Of a stretch of DNA of 64,000 nt, positions 49,438-58,999 are shown piece after piece. Position 1 is the stretch's first letter. Each line of letters begins with the position of its first letter. This stretch comes from an uncultured Chloroflexia bacterium (GTDB taxonomy: Bacteria > Chloroflexota > Limnocylindria > Limnocylindrales > CSP1-4). The notes under the pieces were generated by a model. The model saw nothing but the letters and a program-made list of their open reading frames with translations. It made no database searches and was not told the origin of the DNA. The DNA is taken from the NCBI GenBank assembly GCA_963766735.1, contig CAVYBU010000030.1, forward strand, positions 160,001 to 224,000. Direction: 5' to 3'. A program made the position numbers and the translations under genes.

Positions 49438-50154
49438 TCAGATCCGGTATCCCTCCTTGAGCTGCTGGGTCGTCAGTTGGGCGGCGTCCATCACTGCGAA
49501 CGCCTCGCCCAGGCTCAGGACCATCACCCGGTCGGCGACCTGGAGAGCCTTGGTGGCGTTCTGCTCGGCGAGGATGATGGCGACGCCCCTGGTCTGGTGG
49601 ATCTCCTTGATCTTGTCGAAGAACATGTCGACGTAGAGCGGGGAGAGGCCCGCCGTCGGCTCGTCGAGGAGCAGCACCTTGGGGTCCTGCATGAGGGCCC
49701 GCCCGCAGGCCACCATGCGCGACTCGCCGCCGCTGAGCGTTCCCGCCTGCTGGGCCTGCTGGTCCTTGAGCGACGGGAAGAGGTCGAACACCTCCGCCAG
49801 CCGCTCGTCGCGAGACCGGCTGCCGATCATCCCCCCGACCTGGAGGTTCTCCAGGACGGTGAGCTTGGCAAAGGTGCCCTTCTCCTGGGGCACGTAGCCG
49901 ATTCCCCGCCCGGCGGTCTCGTACGGCGGCAGGGCGGACACGTCCTCCCCCTGGAACCTGATCTTCCCGGCCATGAGCGGGATGAGACGCGCCAGGGTTG
50001 CCAGCAGGGTGGTCTTGCCCGCGCCGTTGGCGCCCAGCACGGCGAAGACCTCGTTGCCGACCGAGAAGTCGAGCCCCTTGAGGACGGTGACCCCGTGGTA
50101 GCCGCTGCGCAGGCCTTCGACCTCGAGAGAGACGGAGACGGCCCCGTTAGACAT
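49438..50154 (-). CDS. LIV-type ABC ATPase (LivF-like)
   Basis: GANGAGKTT, YVPQE, LSGGE, LLDEPTAGLSP, AEQN. Confidence 0.92.
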   Translation of the reverse strand: MSNGAVSVSLEVEGLRSGYHGVTVLKGLDFSVGNEVFAVLGANGAGKTTLLATLARLIPLMAGKIRFQGEDVSALPPYETAGRGIGYVPQEKGTFAKLTVLENLQVGGMIGSRSRDERLAEVFDLFPSLKDQQAQQAGTLSGGESRMVACGRALMQDPKVLLLDEPTAGLSPLYVDMFFDKIKEIHQTRGVAIILAEQNATKALQVADRVMVLSLGEAFAVMDAAQLTTQQLKEGYRI

Positions 50155-50938
50155 GGCCCTCTCCCAGGTAGTTCTCGACCACGGTCCGGTTCTCGCGGAT
50201 CATCTGCGGGTCACCCTTCAGGACCACGTTGCCCTCGGCCATGAAGTTGACCTCGTCGCACAGGCCCCAGATGACGTTGAGGTCGTGCTCCACGATCACC
50301 ACCGAGGTGCCCGCGGCCGCGAGGTCCCTGACCACGCTCATCACCTTCTCGGTCAGGTCATCGGGAAGACCGGCCGTCGGTTCGTCGAGCAGGAGGAACG
50401 TGGGTCGGAGGAGCAGACAGCGAATGATGTCGAGGAGCTTCTTCTCGCCGGCCGACATCGCGAACGTGGTGGGATCGGCGAAGCCGAAGTAGTCCAGGTA
50501 GTGGCGGATCTCGTCTTCGTGCTGCCTGAAAACGGTTCGCTCGCTGAAGATCCGAGCCGGCTGCTCGTACCTGGCCTCGGCCACGGCGAGCAGGAGCGAG
50601 TCCCAGATGGTGAGCTTGTCGAAGTCCATGATCACCTGGTTGGACTTCACGACGCCGAAGCGCGCCATCCTGCTGGCGGGCAGGCTGGAGAGCATGACCT
50701 CGGCGCCGCCCGGGCGCACGAGGGAGACCGTGCCGCTGTCGAGCGGGGTGGAGTGCATGATCATCCGCATCAGCGTCGTCTTGCCGGCCCCGTTGGGTCC
50801 GATCAGCCCCTCGATCGGCTTGTCGCCCAGGACGAGGTCGTCGACGTTCACCACGACGCGACCGGAGAAGCTCTTGACGGCCCCCTGGACGCGGATCTGG
50901 GGACGGCTCACGGCCTTGGCCCCGGCATCAGCGACCAT
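50147..50938 (-). CDS. LIV-type ABC ATPase (LivG-like)
   Basis: GPNGAGKTT, MSAGEKK, LLDEPTAGL, VEHDL, YLG. Confidence 0.92.
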   Translation of the reverse strand: MVADAGAKAVSRPQIRVQGAVKSFSGRVVVNVDDLVLGDKPIEGLIGPNGAGKTTLMRMIMHSTPLDSGTVSLVRPGGAEVMLSSLPASRMARFGVVKSNQVIMDFDKLTIWDSLLLAVAEARYEQPARIFSERTVFRQHEDEIRHYLDYFGFADPTTFAMSAGEKKLLDIIRCLLLRPTFLLLDEPTAGLPDDLTEKVMSVVRDLAAAGTSVVIVEHDLNVIWGLCDEVNFMAEGNVVLKGDPQMIRENRTVVENYLGEGHV

Positions 50939-51866
50939 GGATCTTCTCCATGAGCCTGTCGCGCCGCATGTCGCCCAGGATGCCAGTCGGCCGGAACAGC
51001 AGCACGATGATCAGCGTGAGCCCGAACACCGCCTCCCGCAGCACCGGGATCGCCTGCGTGTACCACTCGCGCGGGAGGGGCAGGTAGGACTGGATCACGA
51101 TGTCGAACAGCCCCACGGAGAGGACGACGCCAACGACCGCTCCCCAGACGCGCGCCGAGCCGCCCAGCACCAGGCCCACCATGACGGCCAGGGTGAGGTC
51201 GACCCCGAGGTTCGAGATCTCGAGGGTCCGCACGAAGACCCCGTACATCGCGCCCAGGAACCCCATCGCCGCCGAGGTGAGCGCGAACATCCAGAGCTTG
51301 GAGCGGAACGTGGCCTTCCCCAGGCTCCGTGCCAGTGGCTCGTTGCCGCCGATCGCGATCAGGAGGCGCCCGTACGGCGAGCGGTGGACCCGCCACACGT
51401 AGGCCAGGATTGCGGCCACGACGAGGGTCAGGATCACCAGCCACAGGAACTCGTTGTCCTTGACGCCGCCGACGTCAAAGGGGAAGTCGAGTCCACCCAT
51501 GCCGCGCGCCCCGCCGGTGAGGTCATCCTCGGTGGTCGCCAGGATCGCGACGGCGGTGGCGAACCCGAGCGTTCCCACGAGCATGCCGTCCGTGTCGAGG
51601 TCGGAGATCAGCCAGCCGACGAGGAGGCCCGCAAGGCCGGCGACCACGGCCGCCAGCGCGGCGCACACCAGGAACACCAACGGCTCTCCGAACGGCCAGT
51701 CCACCCGGACCTGCAGCACGCCGAAGACGTACATCCCGAGGCCCCAGAAGCCCACCACGCCGAAGTTGGCGACCCGGGTGAGGCCCAGCTGGAGGTGCAG
51801 CAGCAGGCCGAGGCCGATGATCATCACGACCTCGAACAGCCCGGCAATCAGGAATGCGTCGAGCAT
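50928..51866 (-). CDS. LIV-type ABC permease (LivM-like)
   Basis: LTGGARG, SPYGRLL-AI, VLGG, LFRPTGILG. Confidence 0.9.
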   Translation of the reverse strand: MLDAFLIAGLFEVVMIIGLGLLLHLQLGLTRVANFGVVGFWGLGMYVFGVLQVRVDWPFGEPLVFLVCAALAAVVAGLAGLLVGWLISDLDTDGMLVGTLGFATAVAILATTEDDLTGGARGMGGLDFPFDVGGVKDNEFLWLVILTLVVAAILAYVWRVHRSPYGRLLIAIGGNEPLARSLGKATFRSKLWMFALTSAAMGFLGAMYGVFVRTLEISNLGVDLTLAVMVGLVLGGSARVWGAVVGVVLSVGLFDIVIQSYLPLPREWYTQAIPVLREAVFGLTLIIVLLFRPTGILGDMRRDRLMEKIHGR

Positions 51867-51870
51867 GCCG

Positions 51871-52743
51871 CTACACCTTTGCCGTCTCGGTGAGCCGGCG
51901 ACCGCGCACCTTGAGCAGGACCATGAAGAAGACGATCAGCGCGAGCTGCGCGTAGAGCACCTGGCCGAAGGTCAGGGACATTGCAGCCAGGGCCACGCCC
52001 GTGAGCACCCCGACCCCGATGACGCCGCCGAGCCCCCAGCTGCCACCCACGAGGACCACCAGCAGGATGAACAGGAACTGACGCCAGCCGAGCAGCGGCG
52101 CCACGTTTGAGCCGACACCGAGGAACAAGCCGGCCAGCCCTCCTGCCACGCCGGCGATGAACCAGATCAGCGTCGTGACGGCGAGGGGACGGATCCCGCT
52201 CGCCTGGGCGAGGTCTTCGTCGCTGGCCAGGGCCCGGATCTGGAGGCCGTACCGCGATCGCTGGATGAACAGGTACAGGAGCCCGGCGAGCACGGCGACG
52301 CTGGCGAGCGCGAGCAGGCGGAATGACGTCACCCCGACGCCGATCACCATGACCGTGTCGGGGGGCGGGACGTCGAAGAACCGCACCGGATAGCCGAACA
52401 CGAACTGAAGGCCGTGCCGGAGGAGGATCGACAGTCCGAACGAGATGATGATCAGTTCCAGCGAGCCCACGTTGCGCTTCTTCGCGGGCCGGAAGATGGC
52501 GAAGTAGGTGGCGACGCTGAGGACGCCGGCCATCAGCGCGGCCGGGAGCACGACGGCGTAGAAGTCGAGGCCATACGTGGTGTTGAGCCACATCCCGAAG
52601 TAGGCGCCGAGCGTGATGGTCTCCGAGTACGCCACGTTGATCAGGCCGGTCAGGCGGTACAGCAGGGCGAAGCCCAGCGCTGCCAGGATCAGGGGGGCGT
52701 ACTCGGACAGGCCGATGACCACGGACTGGGTGACGAACTCCAT
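51871..52743 (-). CDS. LIV-type ABC permease (LivH-like)
   Basis: LAALGFALLY...INVAY, SRYGLQIRA, LAQASGI, VLVGG. Confidence 0.9.
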   Translation of the reverse strand: MEFVTQSVVIGLSEYAPLILAALGFALLYRLTGLINVAYSETITLGAYFGMWLNTTYGLDFYAVVLPAALMAGVLSVATYFAIFRPAKKRNVGSLELIIISFGLSILLRHGLQFVFGYPVRFFDVPPPDTVMVIGVGVTSFRLLALASVAVLAGLLYLFIQRSRYGLQIRALASDEDLAQASGIRPLAVTTLIWFIAGVAGGLAGLFLGVGSNVAPLLGWRQFLFILLVVLVGGSWGLGGVIGVGVLTGVALAAMSLTFGQVLYAQLALIVFFMVLLKVRGRRLTETAKV

Positions 52744-52926
52744 CAGCCGTGGCCCGCCCGTCGCGGGCATACCGCGTCGCTATTCCAGGCGGCACCGAAC
52801 CCCCGGGATCCCCGGGATCCCAAGGGCATCTCTCTGGTCAATCCTGGTCCGCTCGGGGGGGCTGGCTCATGCCGCTGCTCCTGAGGGGTGCTCGATCACA
52901 TGTGAACTGGGACGCGTGATAGCTGG

Positions 52927-52985
52927 ATCATCGATTATCGAGGATAGTAGACGGCGCACCGCCCCGATGCAAGCGATAATCGATG
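52927..52985. promoter_or_regulatory. Putative island operators between divergent ABC and TIM-like genes
   Basis: ATCATCGATTATCGAGGATA (52927-52946) and inverted copy CGATAATCGATG (52974-52985). Confidence 0.65.
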
Positions 52986-53020
52986 GCCCCGACCGTCGGG
53001 AACAGAGCCGGAGGGCACCA

Positions 53021-53818
53021 ATGGCGGCACACGCGGGCGCGACCATCCCCGACGCGGCGAATCTCGCCCGGCGTCCGCTGGTGGGGACAAGCTGGAAGAT
53101 GAACCTGGTCCCGTCCGAGGCGCGCGCCTGGCTCGAGGCGGCGCACCCGGCCCTCGCGGCCATCGGGGATCGCGACCTGTTCGTGCTGCCCGCGTTCCCG
53201 GCCATCCCTGTCGCGCGCGAGGTGCTCGCCGGCAGCAACGTCGCGTGGGGAGCCCAGGACGTCCACCCGGACGACGCGGGGGCCCACACCGGCGACGTGT
53301 CGGCACCGATGCTCGCGGACCTGGGTTGCCGGTTCGTCGAGGTCGGTCACGCCGAACGGCGGCGCGACCACGGCGAGACGCCCACCCTCGTGGCCGCGAA
53401 GCTGCGGGCGGTCCTGCGCTGGGGAATGGATCCCATCGTGTGCATTGGCGACCGGGAGCGCGGCGAGCCCGCCGCCGCAGCCGCGGCGCTGATCGAGGAG
53501 ATCGGGCTCCTCATCGAAGGGATCGACGACGCCTCGCTCGCGCGCGTCGTGCTGGCGTACGAGCCGGTCTGGGCAATCGGGGAGGGAGCGATGCCGGCGC
53601 CGCCGGACGTCGTGGGGACGGTGCACCGGGCGATCCGCGCGTGGCTCGATGGGCGCAGTCCGGCCGGGGGGCGCGTACGGATCATCTACGGCGGGAGCGT
53701 GGACCCCGACAACGCGGGCCTGCTGCTCGCGCAGGATGGCGTCGACGGCCTGTTCGTCGGCCGGCGGGCGCTGGACCCGGCCGTCTTTGCGGAGATCGCC
53801 TCGACGCCGATTGGCTAG
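53021..53818 (+). CDS. Triosephosphate isomerase-family protein, L-erythrulose-1-phosphate isomerase (LerI/EryH)-like
   Basis: VGTSWKMN (not the usual GNWKM), GHAERR, AYEPVWAIG, YGGSV, LFVGR (not LVGGAS); these variants typify the tetrose-phosphate TIM clade. Confidence 0.85.
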   Translation: MAAHAGATIPDAANLARRPLVGTSWKMNLVPSEARAWLEAAHPALAAIGDRDLFVLPAFPAIPVAREVLAGSNVAWGAQDVHPDDAGAHTGDVSAPMLADLGCRFVEVGHAERRRDHGETPTLVAAKLRAVLRWGMDPIVCIGDRERGEPAAAAAALIEEIGLLIEGIDDASLARVVLAYEPVWAIGEGAMPAPPDVVGTVHRAIRAWLDGRSPAGGRVRIIYGGSVDPDNAGLLLAQDGVDGLFVGRRALDPAVFAEIASTPIG

Positions 53819-54288
53819 GCCTTCGGCTCGCCGGCCGCGCCGAGCCGCTGCTCCTCCGCGCTGATGAGGCCCACCTTGCGCGCCGAGCCGCCCCCCGCGA
53901 ACTCCGCGTGCAGCCACGTCCGGACCAGGGTCGCGGCGAGCTCCGGACCGATCACCCGGGCGCCCAGGGTCAGGATCTGGGCGTTGTTCGACTTGCGGGC
54001 CCGCTCGGCCGAGTACGGGTCATGGGCCTGTGCTGCCCGCACCCCCGGCACCTTGTTCGCCGCGATCGCCATCCCGATGCCGGTCCCGCAGATCAGGACG
54101 CCGCGCTCCATCTCGCCGCGTGCGATCGCGTGCGCCACCGCGAACGCCACATCGGGATAGTCAACCGGTTCGGGAGAATGGCAGCCGAAGTCGACCACCT
54201 CCCAGCCCTCGGCGCGGATCACGTCGCACAGCCGGGCCTTGAGCTCGAACCCCGCCTCGTCGCTGCCGATCGCGACCGCCATCGTCAT
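53815..54288 (-). CDS. rpiB: RpiB/LacAB family isomerase, D-erythrulose-4-phosphate isomerase (DerI/EryI)-like
   Basis: GSDEAG (not DHAG), DYPD, ICGTGIG, ANKVPGVRAA, HDPYSAERARKSNNAQ; GGAGG RBS. Confidence 0.9.
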   Translation of the reverse strand: MTMAVAIGSDEAGFELKARLCDVIRAEGWEVVDFGCHSPEPVDYPDVAFAVAHAIARGEMERGVLICGTGIGMAIAANKVPGVRAAQAHDPYSAERARKSNNAQILTLGARVIGPELAATLVRTWLHAEFAGGGSARKVGLISAEEQRLGAAGEPKA

Positions 54289-54374
54289 TGCATCCTCCCG
54301 CCGCCGGGCGGCGCCCCGGCGTTCGTGGTGGCGGGGCGCGCGTCGGAGGCTGCGCTCCAACCCCGGCAACCTCT

Positions 54375-54394
54375 ACGATTATCGATGATCGAGA
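54375..54394. promoter_or_regulatory. Putative island operator between rpiB-like and PEP-hydrolase-family genes
   Basis: ACGATTATCGATGATCGAGA. Confidence 0.6.
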
Positions 54395-54433
54395 AAGCGG
54401 CCCGCTCTGCGGATACACGAGGAGGACACCACC

Positions 54434-55285
54434 GTGGCTCGCCAGCACACCCGGAGCGAAGTCCTGGAGCGCCTGTCGGCGACGCTCGCGGGCGGGCACC
54501 CGCTTGTCATCGGCGGCGCCGGGATCGGTCTCGTCGCCAAGGCGGCCGAGCACGGTGGCATCGACCTCGTGATGGTCTACAACACCGGCCCGTTCCGGAT
54601 GGCGGGGCACGGGTCGCTGGCCGGCTACCTGGCCTACGGCGACGCCAACGCGATGACCATGGCGCTCGGTCACGAGGTCCTGAACGCTGTCGATGAGACG
54701 CCGGTGATCGGCGGCATCGGCGCGGCCGACCCGTTCCGGGACATCGGTCGCCTCCTCGACGAGTACATGGCAATGGGTTTCTCGGGGATCACCAACGTCC
54801 CGACCACCGGGCTCTACCAGGGAGCGTTCCGGCGCCACATCGACGCCACCAACCTGGGCTACCCGCGGGAGGTGGACCTGATCCGGATGTGCCGGGAGCG
54901 CGACGTCTTCACCCTCGCCTACGCCTTCTCGACGGAGGAGGCCGCGGCCATGGCGGACGCGGGTGCCGACGTCATCGGCGCGCACGTCGGCCTCACGTCC
55001 GGTGGCTGGATCGGCGCCGAGGAGCGCATGGACGTCGACGCCGCGTGCGAGGCGACCCAGGCCATGCTGGAAGCGGCCAGGGCCGCACGCCCGGACGTGC
55101 TCGTCGTGGCGCACGGCGGCCCGTTCGAGGATCCGGCGTCGGTTGCCCGCGTCCTGGCGACGACGGACGTGGTGGGCTACCTGGGTGCCTCCTCCATCGA
55201 GCGGCTGCCCGTGGAGCGGGCGGTGTCCGGGGTGGTCCGGGAGTTCAAGGCCCTGCCGTTCCGCGCCAACCAGGCGGGGCGGTGA
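54434..55285 (+). CDS. PEP-hydrolase-family TIM-barrel protein (Tm-1 C-terminal / TBST-like), copy 1
   Basis: GGAGIGL-AK, GGIDL--YNTG-FRMAG-GSLAG, DPFR, AGAD, AHVGLT-GG-IG, HGGP, GASSIERLP. Confidence 0.9.
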   Translation: MARQHTRSEVLERLSATLAGGHPLVIGGAGIGLVAKAAEHGGIDLVMVYNTGPFRMAGHGSLAGYLAYGDANAMTMALGHEVLNAVDETPVIGGIGAADPFRDIGRLLDEYMAMGFSGITNVPTTGLYQGAFRRHIDATNLGYPREVDLIRMCRERDVFTLAYAFSTEEAAAMADAGADVIGAHVGLTSGGWIGAEERMDVDAACEATQAMLEAARAARPDVLVVAHGGPFEDPASVARVLATTDVVGYLGASSIERLPVERAVSGVVREFKALPFRANQAGR

Positions 55286-55312
55286 CCAGCGGGTGCATCG
55301 GAGGCTGCGTCG

Positions 55313-56592
55313 GTGACTGACGAGACCGGTCCGAGCGTCGTCCTCGTCGGGACGCTCGACACGAAGGGGCGGGAGTACGCGTTCGTGCGGGACAGGCTTC
55401 GTGCGGCGGGCATCCCCGTGACCGTGATCGACGTCGGGGTGCTCGGCGATCCGCCGTTTGCCCCTGACGTGACGTCTGCGGAGGTTGCCCAGGCGGCGGG
55501 CGCCGTGCTCGAGCACCTGCGCTTCGCCCGCGAGGGGAGCGACACGCGGGCGGTGGCGCTGGCGGCGATGGGGCGCGGCGCCACGGCGATCGTCCGGCAG
55601 CGGTTCGACGCGGGCCTCGTCCTGGGCGTCATGGGACTCGGGGGCAGCGGCGGCTCGACTGTCGTGTCCGAGGTGCTCCGGTCGCTGCCCGTCGGCGTGC
55701 CCAAGCTGCTCGTCTCCACCCTGGCCTCGGGCGACGTGCGGACGTTCGTCGGCACCAGCGACCTCACCCTCGTTCATCCCGTCACCGATGTCGCGGGGCT
55801 CAATCGTGTGTCGCGCCGCGTGCTCGCCAACGCGGCCAATGCGATGGCCGGGATGGCCCGGTTCCGCGCCGACGACGCGCACGGCGACGCGCCGCTGGTG
55901 GCGATCACGATGTTCGGGGTGACGACCCCTGGCGTGCTGGCGATCCAGGCGGGCCTCGAGGGATGGGCTTCGAGACGATCGTGTTCCACGCCGTGGGCTC
56001 CGGGGGGCGGGCGATGGAGGAGATGATCGATGCCGGGCTGATCGACGCGGTGGTGGACCTCACGACCAGCGAGCTCACCGACGAGCTGCTCGGCGGTGCC
56101 TTCGGGGCCGGTCCGCATCGCCTGGAGGCGGCCGGGCGCCAGGGGATCCCCCAGGTGGTGATCCCGGGCGCGCTCGAGGTGCTCAACTTCGGGCCACGGG
56201 CCTCGGTCCCCTCGCGCTACGACACGCCGGACCGGCCGCTCGTCGTCCACAACCCGTCTGTCTGCGCCGTCCGCACGAACGCGGAGGAGTCCCGCCGGCT
56301 CGGGGAGCTGCTCGCCGTCAAGGTGAACGCCGCGACCGGCCCGTCAGCCGTGGTCCTGCCGACGGATGGCCTGTCCAAGTACGAGCTGCCAGGCGGCCCG
56401 TTCCGGGACCTCGAGGCGGACGAGGTCCTGTTCGGAGCCATCCGCGCGACCCTCCGCCCGGGCATCGTCCTGCGCGAGGTGGACGCGAACGTCAACGACG
56501 CCGAATTCGCCGCAGCCGTGCTGGACGTCTTCCGCGAGCGCTGGACACGTGTCCGGTCACTCCCAGTTCCCCTACCCGAGGAGAGTCGATGA
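55313..56592 (+). CDS. Tm-1-like ATP-binding domain protein (UPF0261), copy 1; 1-nt frameshift near 55960
   Basis: GTLDTKG-EY, GGSGG, LPVGVPKLLVST-ASG, DVAGLN, TMFGVTTP; continues FHAVG-GG-AME, DLTTSE, NFGP, HNP in ORF 55963..56592. Confidence 0.9.
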
Positions 56593-57401
56593 ACCGTGCC
56601 GAGATGCTGGCGCCGCTGAGGGCGCGACGGGCGGCGGGGGAGGCGATCGTGGTCGCCGGCGTGGGGAGCGGCATCACCGCCGACGCGGCGCGTGCCGGTG
56701 GCGCGGACCTGCTCGCCTGCTACGGCACGGCGGTGTACCGGATCCTGGGCGTGCCGACCGTCCTCGCCTTCCTCCCCTACGACGATGCCAACAAGCTCAC
56801 CCTGGAGCTGCTGCCGATCGTCGTCGAGCGGGCCAGGGGCCTGCCGGTCATCGGCGGGCTCGGGGCGCACGATCCGCGCCGATCGCTCGCCTCCCTCGTC
56901 GGCGCCGCCCGGGACGCCGGGGCCTCGGGTGTCACCAACGAGCCGTTCGCAGGGATCTACGGCCCCACCTTCCGCGCGGAGCTGGAGGCCACCGGGTATG
57001 GCTTCTCGCGGGAGCTGTCCATGCTGGAGCTGGCGTCCGGCCAGGGTCTCCTCACGCTCGGGTGGGCGTTCGACCCGGACGAGGCGCGACGCATGGCCGC
57101 GGCGGGCGTGGATGTCGTCGGGACGATGACGGGGATCACGGGCGCGGGATCCGCCGACGGGGCGATGGACGCCTTCGCCGCGATGGTCCGCGCCGCCCGG
57201 GACGAGAACCCGGAGACGATCGTGCTGCTCCATGGGGGGCCGCTGTCCGATCCGGCGTCCGTGGCCACGGGGCTCGCGGCCACCGGCGCCGACGGCTACG
57301 CCACGGGCTCCAGCGCGGAGCGCGGTCCGGTGCTCAGCGGGGTCCGGGAAGCCGTGGCGGCCTTCCGCGCCCTCCGGACGACGAACGCGGCTACCGGGTA
57401 G
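56589..57401 (+). CDS. PEP-hydrolase-family TIM-barrel protein, copy 2 (divergent)
   Basis: GVGSGITA, GGADLL, DAN, DP-R, GVTNEP, FRAELEATG-G, HGGP, GSSAER; ATG overlaps the upstream TGA. Confidence 0.82.
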   Translation: MNRAEMLAPLRARRAAGEAIVVAGVGSGITADAARAGGADLLACYGTAVYRILGVPTVLAFLPYDDANKLTLELLPIVVERARGLPVIGGLGAHDPRRSLASLVGAARDAGASGVTNEPFAGIYGPTFRAELEATGYGFSRELSMLELASGQGLLTLGWAFDPDEARRMAAAGVDVVGTMTGITGAGSADGAMDAFAAMVRAARDENPETIVLLHGGPLSDPASVATGLAATGADGYATGSSAERGPVLSGVREAVAAFRALRTTNAATG

Positions 57402-57434
57402 GTCCGCCGTCCGGGACTCGGGGTGGGGGAGCAG

Positions 57435-57860
57435 CTACTTGGTGGGGATCTCCCCCGCCGGCACGATCGTGCAATCGGGAAGGCCGCGCAGGAACGCCTC
57501 CGGGCCGCCCGGCGTGTAGATCGCCAGGATGCGGAGCGGCTCCCACGTCGTGTTGATCGTGGAGTGGAACGTGCTGTCCGGGATGAACGCCATGTCGCCC
57601 GCCCTGAGGTGCTTCACCACCGGGTTGCCGTCGGCGTCCTCGATCATCTGGTCGCCCTCGCCCGAGATGAAGTAGAGGACCTCGTCCGAACCGGGGTGGT
57701 TGTGGCGGGCATGACCCTTGCCGGGATCGAGGATGACCACGCCGCTGGTGAAGCGGTCGGCGCCCGTCGTCCGGACCTCGCTCATCCACTTGATCGAGCC
57801 CCAGTCGAAGACCTGGGTCTCGACGTCGTCCGGGGTGATGAACCGAAGATCGGCGGCCAT
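57435..57860 (-). CDS. Cupin domain protein (type typically found beside Tm-1-like/PEP-hydrolase genes)
   Basis: FDWGSIKW, PGKGHARHNHPGSDEVLY-ISGEG, FHSTINT-WEP, IYTPGGPE; GGAG RBS. Confidence 0.9.
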   Translation of the reverse strand: MAADLRFITPDDVETQVFDWGSIKWMSEVRTTGADRFTSGVVILDPGKGHARHNHPGSDEVLYFISGEGDQMIEDADGNPVVKHLRAGDMAFIPDSTFHSTINTTWEPLRILAIYTPGGPEAFLRGLPDCTIVPAGEIPTK

Positions 57861-57900
57861 TTCTGCTCCCAGTGCCTGCGCGGTGGTCGTTGGTCGGTCC

Positions 57901-58040
57901 ATAATCGATCATCGATGCCAACCCTGCAAGGCGTCCCGGCCCATGCCGGGCGGGCGCGGGCTCAGCGAGGCAGGTTCGGGCAAGTTCCGGCTTGACGCCG
58001 GACCGGTTCTGTTCCTACCATCGCTAATCGATTATCGAAC
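57901..58040. promoter_or_regulatory. Divergent promoter region with two putative island operators
   Basis: ATAATCGATCATCGATG (57901-57917); TTGACG-N18-TACCAT (57992-58021) directly followed by CTAATCGATTATCGAAC (58024-58040). Confidence 0.7.
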
Positions 58041-58120
58041 GTCACTTGTTCGAGACGTCCCGGCACCGGCAGCGCCGGAGCCAGCTCCAGACCCATCTCG
58101 CACCTGTGGGAGTGCACTTC

Positions 58121-58999
58121 TTGCCGAAGGAACTGGTCGAATTCCTGACGGTCGTCCTCAACGGCGTCACGCTCGCAGCCGTGTACTTCATCGTCGCCAG
58201 CGGATTCACCCTGATCTTCGGACTGATGCGGACGACCAACATGGCCCACGGGGCGTTCTACCTGCTCGGCGCGTACGCGGGCTACACGGCCGTGAGCATC
58301 ACCGGCAGCTGGGTGATCGGGCTCCTCGTGGGCGCCGCGGTCGTTGCGGTGGTCGGAACGGCAATCTACCTGGGGCTGCTCGCACGGATGGCCGGCCAGG
58401 ACCTGCGGCAGGCGCTGGTGACGATCGGTGTCTCGATCATCATCGCCGACCTGATGCTCGCCCGGTACGGCGGCGTCACGTACCAGATCCCGGTGCCGAG
58501 CCTCATCTCCGGCAGCACACAGCTGCCGTTCGTGGTCGGTGGCGGGTATTCGACGATCCGGCTGTTCGTGGTGGTGCTCGCAGTCGCGGTCTACGCCGGC
58601 CTGTGGCTGGTGCTCAACCGGACGCGCATCGGCATGTATATCCGGGCGGGCATCGATGATCGCGACATGCTCTCGGCGCTGGGCGTCAACGTGTCGCGCG
58701 TCTTCCTGTTCACGTTCGCCCTCGGCTCGGCCCTGGCGGGGCTTTCCGGCGTCGTCGGCGCGACGGTCCTCTCCGTCTCGCCCGGAGAGGAGGGGCGCTA
58801 CCTGCTGTCGTCCCTCGTCGTCGTGATCGTGGGCGGGATGGGAAGCCTCAGCGGGGCGGCGATCGGCGCCCTGATCGTCGGGCTCGCGGAGCAGGTCGGG
58901 CTGTTCTACGAGCCGACCTATTCGGTCCTGATCACGTTCATCATCATGGCCGGCGTGCTCGCGGTCAGACCCCAGGGTCTGCTGGGGCGACCCGCATGA
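58121..58999 (+). CDS. LIV-type ABC permease (LivH-like), second system
   Basis: LNGV, ASGFTLIFG-M---NMAHG, TRIGMYIRA, VVIVGGMGS, RPQGLLG; TTG start with GGGAG RBS. Confidence 0.9.
   Translation: MPKELVEFLTVVLNGVTLAAVYFIVASGFTLIFGLMRTTNMAHGAFYLLGAYAGYTAVSITGSWVIGLLVGAAVVAVVGTAIYLGLLARMAGQDLRQALVTIGVSIIIADLMLARYGGVTYQIPVPSLISGSTQLPFVVGGGYSTIRLFVVVLAVAVYAGLWLVLNRTRIGMYIRAGIDDRDMLSALGVNVSRVFLFTFALGSALAGLSGVVGATVLSVSPGEEGRYLLSSLVVVIVGGMGSLSGAAIGALIVGLAEQVGLFYEPTYSVLITFIIMAGVLAVRPQGLLGRPA

Noticed and set aside
1990-55970. Frameshifts at ~1998, ~26510, ~29486 and ~55960 as programmed recoding or pseudogenes
   Set aside because: They are single-base events in four unrelated genes, two fixable by lengthening a G run. 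I see no slippery heptamers and both halves are otherwise intact, so sequencing or assembly error is more likely. Read inspection would settle it.
54434-57401. Tm-1-like genes as an anti-phage defence system
   Set aside because: Plant Tm-1 inhibits viral replicase, but the context here is entirely catabolic (importers, isomerases, shared operator) with no defence or mobile genes.
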